Shown here: positions 36,911 through 45,787 of the stretch, one piece after another | Layout: every line of letters starts with the position of its first letter | Numbering within the stretch: the first letter of the stretch is position 1 | NCBI GenBank assembly: GCA_965228895.1 | Contig: OZ245842.1 | Coordinates: forward strand, 5,280,001 to 5,344,000 | Direction: 5' to 3' | Length of the DNA stretch: 64,000 nucleotides | DNA from: Alphaproteobacteria bacterium | Lineage (GTDB): Bacteria > Pseudomonadota > Alphaproteobacteria > SP197 | Position numbers and translations under genes: made by a program | The notes under the pieces: generated by a model | Told to the model about the DNA's origin: nothing | What the model saw: only the letters and a program-made list of their open reading frames with translations | The model's database searches: none

Positions 36911-37557
36911 GGCCGATTGTCCGTTGTTGCGAGAACAGGCGCCAGCAGCGCAGCGGCATAGAGACGGCGTTCATCGTCATGGCGTTGCGGTGGCCGTGCG
37001 ACCCATCGGTCGATCACGTCGGCGTCGACCGGCTCGCCAAGCGCCGACGCCATGGCGGCCGCGCCCGCCTCGCGCATGCCAAAGGCATCGCGCCGCGCCG
37101 CCATCGCCTCGCGCAGGCCGCCGTGGTCGTCGCACAAGAGCGCCATGTTGGCTGCACATCCGGCGCGCCCGGCGGCGGCGGTCTTGAGATGGCGCGTGCG
37201 GGTGATCGCCGGATAAGCGCCGGGGTGTTTTGACTCAAGGCGCAGATGAAACATTGAGCTGCGCGCCGCCTGCGCCGCGCCCATAACCGCGACCCAATCT
37301 TCGGCGGCCTGCCAGGCATGACGTGCTTTATCGAAGAACTGCAATGCCCCATCACGATCACTGTTGGCGGCAGCCAGCGAACCCAGAGCATCGAAGCTCG
37401 CCGCGCGTCGCGGGTCGTTCGGGGCAAAGACCTCCGTCATGTCACAGGCGGCGCACCATAAACGACCGGCATCGTCCAACGCGCCGGTGTTGAGCAGCGC
37501 GCGTGCGCGCACCATCCATTGTTCCCAAAGATGATCGCTCAGCAGCCAGACCATCAA
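36907..37557 (-). CDS. Helical (TPR-like) hypothetical protein
   Basis: Ala-rich helical ORF overlapping livF-like stop and enolase start by 4 nt each; DPRRAAS, ARSSMFHLRLE. Confidence 0.7.
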   Translation of the reverse strand: MMVWLLSDHLWEQWMVRARALLNTGALDDAGRLWCAACDMTEVFAPNDPRRAASFDALGSLAAANSDRDGALQFFDKARHAWQAAEDWVAVMGAAQAARSSMFHLRLESKHPGAYPAITRTRHLKTAAAGRAGCAANMALLCDDHGGLREAMAARRDAFGMREAGAAAMASALGEPVDADVIDRWVARPPQRHDDERRLYAAALLAPVLATTDNRP

Positions 37558-38261
37558 CCACCGAGATAGGCGCGCTTGACGTGTTCGTGCTCGTGCAGTT
37601 CGGCGGCGGGACCTTCAAGCGCGACGCGGCCGGTCTCCATGACATAGGCGTAGTCGGCGATCTTCAGTGCGAGTTCGGCGTTCTGCTCGACCAGCACCAC
37701 CGGCACACCGCGCTGGTGAATCTCAACGACGATCTTGGCGATCTCCTGCACCAGGACCGGCGACAAGCCGATCGACGGTTCGTCGAGCAGGAGAAGTTTG
37801 GGTCCCGCCATCAACGCGCGGCCCATGGCCAGCATCTGCTGTTCGCCACCCGACAGTGTCTTGGCGTATTGCGGACGGCGTTCCTTCAGTCTCGGGAAAT
37901 GATCGAAGACGTCGTCTAGATCGCGTCTGATCTTGTCCTTGTCCTTGCGCAGATAGGCGCCGGTCATCAGGTTTTCGAGCACGGTGAGCTCGGGGAAGAC
38001 GTGACGGCCTTCGGGCACCTGCGCGATGCCGCGCGCGACGATCTTTTCCGGTGCCAGCTTGTCGATGCGTTCGCCCTCGAATCGGATCTCGCCGGCGGAC
38101 GCGCGCACCAGACCGGAAATCGTGCGAAGCGTGCTGCTCTTGCCCGCACCATTCGCGCCGATCAGGGTGATGATGTTGTCGGCGTCCAAATGCAGGCTGA
38201 CGCCTTTGACCGCCTGCACCTTGCCGTAGTGAACCTCCAGGTCGTTGACCTCGAACAGCAT
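37554..38261 (-). CDS. LivF-type ABC ATPase
   Basis: GANGAGKS, VPEGR, LSGGEQQMLAMGRAL, LLDEPS, VEQN, AYLGG. Confidence 0.95.
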   Translation of the reverse strand: MLFEVNDLEVHYGKVQAVKGVSLHLDADNIITLIGANGAGKSSTLRTISGLVRASAGEIRFEGERIDKLAPEKIVARGIAQVPEGRHVFPELTVLENLMTGAYLRKDKDKIRRDLDDVFDHFPRLKERRPQYAKTLSGGEQQMLAMGRALMAGPKLLLLDEPSIGLSPVLVQEIAKIVVEIHQRGVPVVLVEQNAELALKIADYAYVMETGRVALEGPAAELHEHEHVKRAYLGG

Positions 38262-38481
38262 GATCGTTCCAACCGATGTCTTAAGAAGATGATCGCATGC
38301 GCTGTCGATTAGGCGTGATGACCAACGCCAAATCAAGCTCTACGGCGGAGGGCGATGAGAACATGGGGCACCAGCCATCGTGTGCAACCATGAATTTTTC
38401 GTTCTGCGATTGCGTGCTGCCGTTTCTTTGCTCACGATCGCCGCCACGTCAGACGGTCGAAAACGGATGGTTTAGAATCTC

Positions 38482-38853
38482 ATGACATCGGCAGACGAAT
38501 GCTTTCAGACAATCCCCATCTTTCGCATCTTTGATGTCGAGAAGGCACGGGCGTTTTACATCGACTTCCTTGGCATGACGGTGGATTGGGAGCATCGCAT
38601 TGAAGACGGTGGCCCGATCTACATGCAGGTGTCGCGCGGTTCGTTGCGACTACATTTGAGCGAGCATCACGGCGATTGCTGCCCGGGCTCAACCGTCTAT
38701 GTGCAGACGACCGGCCTTGAAGACTTCCACCATGATATCACGGGCAAGGGCTACGCGTTCATGCGGCCTGGCCTTGATGACGCGCCCTGGGGTGAAAAGA
38801 TCATGGAGGTCATCGACCCCTTCGGTAACCGCTTGCGGTTCTGCGGCACCTAG
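38482..38853 (+). CDS. VOC/glyoxalase-family protein
   Basis: IPIFRIFD..KARAFY, LHLSEHHGD, PWG, DPFGNRLRF. Confidence 0.88.
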   Translation: MTSADECFQTIPIFRIFDVEKARAFYIDFLGMTVDWEHRIEDGGPIYMQVSRGSLRLHLSEHHGDCCPGSTVYVQTTGLEDFHHDITGKGYAFMRPGLDDAPWGEKIMEVIDPFGNRLRFCGT

Positions 38854-39605
38854 ACCGGGGTTCCAAGATAGGCCTCGACGACCTCCGGGTTGGCGCGGAT
38901 CGCCTCCGGCGCACCCTCGGCCAACAGGCTGCCGAAGTTAAGGACCGTGATGTGTTCGCACAGCCCCATCACCGCCTGCATGTCGTGTTCGACCAAGAGG
39001 ATGGTGACGCCGGAGTCGCGCACCTGGCGGATCAGTTCCATCATGCGCCGGGTCTCTTCCGGGTTCATGCCGGTGAACGGTTCGTCGAGCATCAAGAGCT
39101 TCGGTCCGGTGGCGAGCGCGACCGCGATGCCCAAGGCGCGTTGCAGGCCGTGGGGCAGGTTGGAGCAGAGCTCGTCTTTGAGATCGCTGAGCTCCATGAA
39201 GTCGAGAATCTCATCGACACGCGCCCGCGCTTTCTCTTCACGATCTTTGTTGAGACCCAACAGCACGCTGAACGCATCGACGCGCGCCGTTAAATGACAG
39301 CCGACCAACACGTTGTCGTAGACTGTGAACTCGTGAAACAGCGTCGTCGCTTGAAACGTGCGGACCAGGCCGAGTTCGGTGATCGCGCTTGTCTTCATGC
39401 CGGAGATATCGCGGCCGTCATAGACGACGCGTCCGGCACTTGGCTTGTAGTAGCCGCTGATGACGTTGAACGTCGTCGTCTTGCCGGCGCCGTTGGGTCC
39501 GATCAGCCCATGAATGGTGCCCGGTTCGATCTGGAAGCTCAGATTGTTGACGGCCGTCAGCCCGCCAAAACGGCGCGTCAGACGATCGACCTCAAGCAGC
39601 GTCAT
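38850..39605 (-). CDS. LivG-type ABC ATPase
   Basis: FGGLTAV, GPNGAGKTT, RTFQ, LDEP, VEHDM, EAYLG. Confidence 0.95.
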   Translation of the reverse strand: MTLLEVDRLTRRFGGLTAVNNLSFQIEPGTIHGLIGPNGAGKTTTFNVISGYYKPSAGRVVYDGRDISGMKTSAITELGLVRTFQATTLFHEFTVYDNVLVGCHLTARVDAFSVLLGLNKDREEKARARVDEILDFMELSDLKDELCSNLPHGLQRALGIAVALATGPKLLMLDEPFTGMNPEETRRMMELIRQVRDSGVTILLVEHDMQAVMGLCEHITVLNFGSLLAEGAPEAIRANPEVVEAYLGTPV

Positions 39606-39705
39606 GATTTTGCCCCTGGCGTTCGGCCAACTTGGAAGGACAGCCGGCGGCCGTTATAGCAAACTTGCATGGCGACGGAACGCAGTGGTTGTCAGGGGCT
39701 TGCGC

Positions 39706-40467
39706 TCAACCCGTGACGATCAGGTTGACGCCGGCGGTTTCGAGCCGGCGGGCATAATCCAGGGGCAATTGCTGGTCGGTGACCAGCACGTCGATGTCCT
39801 CGAAGCCCGCGACCCTGACCGGCGCGCGCCGGTTGATCTTGGCGTGATCGGCGACGACGACGGCGCGTTGCGCGTGACGGATAACGGCGCTGGAGAATTC
39901 GGCTTCGTCGACGTAGTAGTCCATCAGGCCGGCATCCAGATCGACGGCGGCGATCGACAGGATCGCGGTGTGCACCTGGAAGCGTTCGACGAAGCGGATG
40001 GCTTCATGACCGAGCACGGCGCCATCGTCCGCGCGGATCTCGCCGCCGGCGATATAGACACGATTGCCGTTACGCGAGGCCAGCGTGCGTGCGATGTCCG
40101 CGCAGTTGGTGGCGACCAGCAGGTCACGATGGCCGGTCAGCGCCCGCGCCACGTAAGCTGTCGTGGTGCCCGTATCCAGCATGACGGATTCGCCGTTTTC
40201 GATCAGGCCGGCGGTGGCCTCGGCAATCGCGCGTTTGGCCTCGGCATGCTCGTCCATGCGCTGGCGAAACGCGCTTTCGCGCAACGGCTCCGGCAACGCG
40301 ACGCCGCCGTGCACCTTGCGCACCAAGCCGCGCGCGGCGAGCCGGCGAATATCACGGCGGATCGTCTCGTCGGAAACGTGCAAACGCTCTGCGAGATCGC
40401 CAACGCCACACAAGCCGCGTTCGCGAACCGCCGTGACAATGGCCGACTGTCGTTCCGTTGCATGCAT
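39706..40467 (-). CDS. DeoR/GlpR-family transcriptional regulator
   Basis: VSDETIRRD, KVHGG, LDTGTT, ADHAK, LVTD. Confidence 0.93.
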   Translation of the reverse strand: MHATERQSAIVTAVRERGLCGVGDLAERLHVSDETIRRDIRRLAARGLVRKVHGGVALPEPLRESAFRQRMDEHAEAKRAIAEATAGLIENGESVMLDTGTTTAYVARALTGHRDLLVATNCADIARTLASRNGNRVYIAGGEIRADDGAVLGHEAIRFVERFQVHTAILSIAAVDLDAGLMDYYVDEAEFSSAVIRHAQRAVVVADHAKINRRAPVRVAGFEDIDVLVTDQQLPLDYARRLETAGVNLIVTG

Positions 40468-40517
40468 GGAACTTCTCCGAAGAGGCCATTAATCTAGAGA
40501 GTATACCGAGAATCAAT

Positions 40518-40563
40518 ACAAATGCTGACATGTGGAATCAAACCAAGTTTCGTCTGCATTTGT
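40518..40563. promoter_or_regulatory. Inverted repeat in DeoR/SBP divergent promoter
   Basis: ACAAATGC..(30 nt)..GCATTTGT. Confidence 0.3.
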
Positions 40564-40675
40564 GTGGGATGCTGTTGTTTTGTCTTGTTTCATAGGGAAA
40601 TTACCGCTTTCATGGCGACCAGACGGCTGCGTGAAGCTGCTTGGGTTCAACACAACAATACCGGGGAGGTAAGAT

Positions 40676-41632
40676 ATGTTGACAAGTTTGCGTGCGACGG
40701 CGCTGGCGGGTGCGCTCGGCGTCTTTTTGACCGGCCAGGCGATGGCCCAAGCGCCGGAATCAGACGACCCCATCAAACTCACCCTGCACGACTGGACGGG
40801 TCAGTACATCACCACGACCATCATGGGCGAGGTGCTGAAGTCCATGGGCTACAACGTTGAGTACGTCCAGGCCGACTACATCGCTCAGTTCGCGGGTCTT
40901 GAGTCCGGCGATCTGCACATCGCCATGGAGATGTGGGAGACCACGGGCAAGGAAGCCCTGGAAGCCTCGCTCGAAACCGGCAAGACGCTGGACCTGGGCG
41001 AGACCGGCATGTTTGCCATCGAGGAGTGGTGGTATCCGATCTACATGAAGGAGCGCTGCCCGGGCCTGCCCGACTGGCAAGCGCTGAACGATTGCGCCGA
41101 AGAGTTCGCGACGCCCGAGACGGCCCCCAAGGGCCGTTACCTCGGCGGTCCCGTCACCTGGGCCGGGTTCGATGACGAGCGCGCCGAGGCGCTCGGCCTC
41201 GACATCGAGGTCATCCACGCCGGCACGGACGCCGCCCTGTTCGCCGAACTGCAGTCGGCCTATCAGCGCGAAGCGCCGTTCCTGGGCTGGGTCTACGCCC
41301 CGCACTGGGCGCCGACCAAGTTCGAGGGCGAGTGGATCGAGTTCCCGAGCTACACCGAAGAGTGCTACAGCGATCCGTCCTGGGGCATCAATCCCGACAT
41401 GGCTTATGACTGCGGCAAGCCGCGCGGCTGGATCAAGAAGGTCGGCTGGAAGGACGGCGAAGGCAAATGGCCTTGCGCCTACTCGGCCGTGCGCGGGTTC
41501 CACATCGAGAACGATGCCATGGGCAACATGGTTGCCGAGGTCGATCTGGAAGGCCGCGACCTGAATGAGGTTGTCGGCGAATGGATGGACAACAACAAGG
41601 ACACCTGGCAGGCCTGGACGACCTGCGAGTAA
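40676..41632 (+). CDS. Quaternary-amine (ProX/OpuAC, TmoX-like) ABC substrate-binding protein
   Basis: Signal peptide AMA|Q; WWYP..CPGLPDW.ALNDCA..FATPET..KGRYLGGP..W and YDCG as in the TmoX-like clade. Confidence 0.85.
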   Translation: MLTSLRATALAGALGVFLTGQAMAQAPESDDPIKLTLHDWTGQYITTTIMGEVLKSMGYNVEYVQADYIAQFAGLESGDLHIAMEMWETTGKEALEASLETGKTLDLGETGMFAIEEWWYPIYMKERCPGLPDWQALNDCAEEFATPETAPKGRYLGGPVTWAGFDDERAEALGLDIEVIHAGTDAALFAELQSAYQREAPFLGWVYAPHWAPTKFEGEWIEFPSYTEECYSDPSWGINPDMAYDCGKPRGWIKKVGWKDGEGKWPCAYSAVRGFHIENDAMGNMVAEVDLEGRDLNEVVGEWMDNNKDTWQAWTTCE

Positions 41633-41657
41633 GCAAACGATGCTAAGGTGATGGCCG

Positions 41658-41797
41658 TTAGAGCAGGTCCTGTCTTGGTGGAATCGCTTCGCGATTCCGT
41701 CAAGGCAGGTGAAGCTGCTCTACTCATAGATAGAGAGCGGATTCACATGGTTCGGTGGAACCGTCAGACGGTTCCACCGAACCATGATCCGCTCTAG
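41658..41797. repeat. Double-hairpin intergenic repeat, family A copy 2
   Basis: TTAGAGCAG..ATCGCTTCGCGAT..CTGCTCT + spacer + AGAGCGGATTCAC..GATCCGCTCTAG, inside the transporter operon. Confidence 0.85.
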
Positions 41798-41848
41798 GGA
41801 TCGGGGGGAAGATCCTGGCGGCCATCTGTCTTTCCGGGGCCAGCAACG

Positions 41849-42880
41849 ATGACCGGCGACGTGCGTCCGATAAAACTCGCCTGTGAGAACGTTTGGAAGC
41901 TGTTCGGTCAGAACGCTGACGACGTCCTGCAGCGCACCGGCGGTTCGCCCGGCGACGCAGACCTTGCGGCCGCCGAGGTGATCGGCGCGGTGCGTGACGC
42001 GACGATCGCCGTGCGTGAAGGCGAGATCTTCATCATCATGGGACTGAGCGGCTCGGGCAAATCGACGCTGGTGCGCTGCATGTCGCGCCTGATCGAACCG
42101 ACCGCCGGACGGGTCCTTTTCGAAGACAGCAATTTGCTCGACATGAGCGAACGCGAGCTGATGGAACTCCGGCGCCATCGCATGGGCATGGTGTTCCAGC
42201 ACTTTGCGCTGCTGCCCCACCTGACCGTCCTGGGCAACGTCGCCTTTCCCCTGGAGATCCAGGGCATCGGCAAATCCGAACGTCAAGCCAAGGCGCTCGA
42301 GATGGTCGAACTGGTCGGTCTCAAAGGTCGCGAATACTATTACCCGCGCGAACTTTCCGGCGGTCAGCAACAGCGGGTCGGCATCGCGCGCTCGCTCGCC
42401 GTCGAACCGGAGATCTGGTTCCTGGACGAACCGTTCTCTGCCCTTGATCCCCTGATCCGCCGTGAGATGCAGGACGAGTTTCTGCGTCTGCAGAACGTGC
42501 TGCACAAGACGATCGTCTTCATCACCCACGACTTCGACGAAGCCATTCGCTTGGCCGACCGGATCGCCATTATGAAGGACGGCGCGATCATTCAGATCGG
42601 CGCGCCGGAGGAGCTCGTGACCGCGCCGGCGGATGACTACGTCGCCGAATTCACCCGCGACATTCCGCGCGCCAAAGTCTTGTCTGCCGGTGTGGTCGCG
42701 CGGCCTGGTCCCCACGGGGCAACCACGGTGCGGGCGGACGCGCGCATCGCCGAGGTCGCCGCGATGGTGTTCGAGACTGACGAACCGCTGGGCGTTCTCG
42801 ACGCCGACGGCAACATTGTCGGCGCGCTCGGACGCGATGCCGTGCTCGACGTTCTACTCGGCCGCGAGCTCGCGCCATGA
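41849..42880 (+). CDS. ProV/OpuAA-type ABC ATPase
   Basis: MGLSGSGKST, FQHFALLPH, LSGGQQQRVGIAR, DEPFSALDPLIRREMQ, FITHD. Confidence 0.95.
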   Translation: MTGDVRPIKLACENVWKLFGQNADDVLQRTGGSPGDADLAAAEVIGAVRDATIAVREGEIFIIMGLSGSGKSTLVRCMSRLIEPTAGRVLFEDSNLLDMSERELMELRRHRMGMVFQHFALLPHLTVLGNVAFPLEIQGIGKSERQAKALEMVELVGLKGREYYYPRELSGGQQQRVGIARSLAVEPEIWFLDEPFSALDPLIRREMQDEFLRLQNVLHKTIVFITHDFDEAIRLADRIAIMKDGAIIQIGAPEELVTAPADDYVAEFTRDIPRAKVLSAGVVARPGPHGATTVRADARIAEVAAMVFETDEPLGVLDADGNIVGALGRDAVLDVLLGRELAP

Positions 42881-44883
42881 CGGACCTGGCGACCATCGGG
42901 CATGAGCCGCGCCGCGGCCTGACGACGAAAACCTGGGCCTGGCTGATCGTCGTCGTGTCGATCGTTGTTGTGGTGACGGCGGGCGAGGTGCCCGACTGGT
43001 CGATCGACTATCCGCGCGGCTGGATCTGGGATCTTCAGGGCTGGATCTCGGGCGCCATGAACTGGCTGATCAACGATGCGACGTTCGGCCTCTTCACGTT
43101 CAAGGAGTTCACACGGTCCATCGCCTGGCTGCTCGACTGGCTTCTGACCGCGGCCTACGGCTTCCTTGCCATGGGTTTCGAGATCCCCGACGGCTCCGGC
43201 GGCGTGCTGATGGTGCCGCGCATTTCGTGGATCGTGCTGATCGGCGCCCTTACCTTCTTTGCCTGGCGCGTCAGGGATCGCGGTCTCGCCGTTCTGGTTG
43301 GCCTGTGCTTCGGCTATCTCGCGGTGTTCGGCCAGTGGGACAGCGCCATGGTGACGCTGGCCTCGATCGTCATCGCCGTGCCTCTTGGCGCCGCGTTTGG
43401 TCTTCTGCTCGGCATCGCGGCCTACCGGCGGCCGTGGTTCGAGCGTGCGGTCACGCCGCTGCTCGATCTCATGCAGACGGTGCCGGTGTTCGCCTATCTT
43501 GTGCCGATCCTCTTCCTGTTCGGCTTCGGGCCGGTCGCCGCGATGATCGCGACGATGATCTACGCCATGCCGCCGATGGTGCGTATCACTATTTTGGCGC
43601 TGAAGCAGGTCCCCGACGAGATCAGCGAGTACGGCCGCATGGCCGGCTGCTCGTCGCGCCAGCACATCTGGAAGGTCATGGTGCCGGCGGCGAAGCCCGG
43701 CCTGATGGTGGGCTTGAACCAGGTGATCATGCTGTCACTGAACATGGTGATCATCGCCTCGATGATCGGTGCCGGCGGCCTGGGTTTCGACGTGCTGCAC
43801 GCGCTGCGGCGTTTGGCGATCGGCGAGGGCCTGGAAGCCGGTATCGCGATCACGCTGCTCGCCATCGCGCTCGACCGGCTGAGCCAGGCCTATGCCACCA
43901 AACCGCCGCCGCAACATGGCCAGGAACGGCCTGCGTCGTTTGTTCGGCGTCATCCCTATCTTCTGGCGGCCTTGGTTTTGATCGTTGGCTCGATGGCACT
44001 GGGTGCGGTTCTGCCCTTCGTCGAGGCCTATCCCGAGTCCTTGACGCTGACCACCGGCACCTTCTTCGACCGCATTGTCGAATGGATCAACATCCACCTC
44101 TTCGACTCGATCGAGGTCGTGAGGGCTTGGCTCCTGGTCAACGTCATGATCCCGATCAAACGTTTCCTGCTCGCCGTGCCCTGGCCGATCGTTCTGATCG
44201 TGATCGCCATGGCCGGTTGGCAGCTCGGTGCCTGGCGTTTGGCGCTGATCGTCGCCTGCCTGGCCGCCTTCATCCTGGTTACCGGCAACTGGGAAAAGGC
44301 GATGATCTCGGTTTACCTGACAGGCCTTTCCGTTGTCATCGCCTGCATGATCGGGTTTCCCGTTGGCGCCTGGGCGGCCAACAACGCGCGGGTCAACCGC
44401 GCCGTCCAGGTCGTCATCGATACGCTGCAGACGCTGCCGTCCTTCGTCTACCTGATCCCCGTCGTCATGCTGTTCAGGGTCGGTGAATTCTCGGCCATGA
44501 TCGCCATCGTCGCCTATGCCATCGCGCCGGCGACCCGCTACACCATCCATGGGTTGTCGCAGGTACCTGAGCACCTGATCGAAGCGGCGCGTGCGCAAGG
44601 CTGCAGCCGTGGTCAGATCCTGCGCAAGGTGCAGATCCCGCTGGCGTTGCCGGAGATCATGCTGGGCGTCAACCAGACGATCATGATGGCATTGTCCATG
44701 CTGGTGATCACCGCCCTGGTCGGCTCCCGCGACCTGGGCCAGGAAGTCTATATCGCGCTGACCAAGGCCGACACCGGACGCGGCATCGTCGCCGGCGTCT
44801 GCGTCGCCTTTATCGCCATGATCGCCGACCGCCTTATCTCGGCCTGGGCCCGTCGCCGCAAGCAGGAGCTGGGCCTTGCCTGA
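42877..44883 (+). CDS. ProW-type ABC permease, two fused permease modules
   Basis: LDLMQTVP.FAYLVP..GLNQVIM and IDTLQTLPSFVYLIP..GVNQTIM. Confidence 0.92.
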   Translation: MTDLATIGHEPRRGLTTKTWAWLIVVVSIVVVVTAGEVPDWSIDYPRGWIWDLQGWISGAMNWLINDATFGLFTFKEFTRSIAWLLDWLLTAAYGFLAMGFEIPDGSGGVLMVPRISWIVLIGALTFFAWRVRDRGLAVLVGLCFGYLAVFGQWDSAMVTLASIVIAVPLGAAFGLLLGIAAYRRPWFERAVTPLLDLMQTVPVFAYLVPILFLFGFGPVAAMIATMIYAMPPMVRITILALKQVPDEISEYGRMAGCSSRQHIWKVMVPAAKPGLMVGLNQVIMLSLNMVIIASMIGAGGLGFDVLHALRRLAIGEGLEAGIAITLLAIALDRLSQAYATKPPPQHGQERPASFVRRHPYLLAALVLIVGSMALGAVLPFVEAYPESLTLTTGTFFDRIVEWINIHLFDSIEVVRAWLLVNVMIPIKRFLLAVPWPIVLIVIAMAGWQLGAWRLALIVACLAAFILVTGNWEKAMISVYLTGLSVVIACMIGFPVGAWAANNARVNRAVQVVIDTLQTLPSFVYLIPVVMLFRVGEFSAMIAIVAYAIAPATRYTIHGLSQVPEHLIEAARAQGCSRGQILRKVQIPLALPEIMLGVNQTIMMALSMLVITALVGSRDLGQEVYIALTKADTGRGIVAGVCVAFIAMIADRLISAWARRRKQELGLA

Positions 44884-44905
44884 TGCCATGACCGAAGGAG
44901 ATGCC

Positions 44906-45787
44906 ATGTCCGACGAAGCACGCCAAAAAGCGGCGTCGCTGCCGATCTGGAAAGGGAAGGTCGACCCGGTCGCCTTGAGCGGCGGGATCACCAACGTCAA
45001 CTTCAAGGTGGTCGACGGAGACGAGGCCTTCGTCGTCAGGATCGGCGGCAACATTCCCGAACACGGTATCCGGCGCACCGCCGAAATCGCCTGCGCCCAG
45101 GCTGCCCACGCCGCCGGCGTCGCGCCCGAACTCGTGCATACGGAGAAGGGCGTCATCGTCACCCGCTTCATCGACGGGCACACCTATGGCGAGGAGGACG
45201 TGCGTGACCAGGCGAACCTGGAACGCCTGCTGCCGGTCATCAAACGTCTGCACCGCGCGACGCCGGAGTATCTGCGCGGGCGTGCGCCGATGTTCTGGGT
45301 GTTTCATTCCCTGCGCGACTATTTCGGTCGCATGGCCGACGAGAACCACCGCTTGCTGGGGGAGGTTCCGCGCTACCGCGAGATCGCCGGCGAACTGGAG
45401 ACGGCCGTCGATCGTGTGAAGCTGATCTTCGGCCACAACGATCTGTTGCCCGCCAACTTCATCGACGACGGCGAGCGCATCTGGATCATCGATTGGGAAT
45501 TCGCCGGCTTTAACAGTGCGCTGTTCGACTTGGGCGGGTTGGCGTCGAACAACCAGCTCTCCGTCGGTCAGGAACGTTGGCTTCTGGAAGAGTACTACGA
45601 GACGCCCTTGGGCGATCGACAATGGTGGCGCTATGGCGCGATGAAATGCGCATCGCTGCTGCGCGAAGCAGCCTGGAGCATGACCCAGGAGCATCATTCC
45701 GCCCTCGACATCGACTATGTCGCCTATACGGCGGAAAACCTGGCGCGCTTCGAGCGCGCCTATGCCGCGTGGCGGGACGAGACATGA
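44906..45787 (+). CDS. Choline/ethanolamine-kinase-like (APH superfamily) phosphotransferase
   Basis: LSGGITNVNF, HNDLLPANF, IIDWEFAG, FDLG; SD AAGGAG before ATG 44906. Confidence 0.88.
   Translation: MSDEARQKAASLPIWKGKVDPVALSGGITNVNFKVVDGDEAFVVRIGGNIPEHGIRRTAEIACAQAAHAAGVAPELVHTEKGVIVTRFIDGHTYGEEDVRDQANLERLLPVIKRLHRATPEYLRGRAPMFWVFHSLRDYFGRMADENHRLLGEVPRYREIAGELETAVDRVKLIFGHNDLLPANFIDDGERIWIIDWEFAGFNSALFDLGGLASNNQLSVGQERWLLEEYYETPLGDRQWWRYGAMKCASLLREAAWSMTQEHHSALDIDYVAYTAENLARFERAYAAWRDET

Noticed and set aside
40676-41632. Naming the SBP tmoX
   Set aside because: Same scaffold and tdm is nearby, but pocket-region sequences differ from TmoX as I recall it; needs a phylogeny.
42877-44883. 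Fused double permease as a novelty
   Set aside because: Tandem ProW-type permeases are known in this transporter class.
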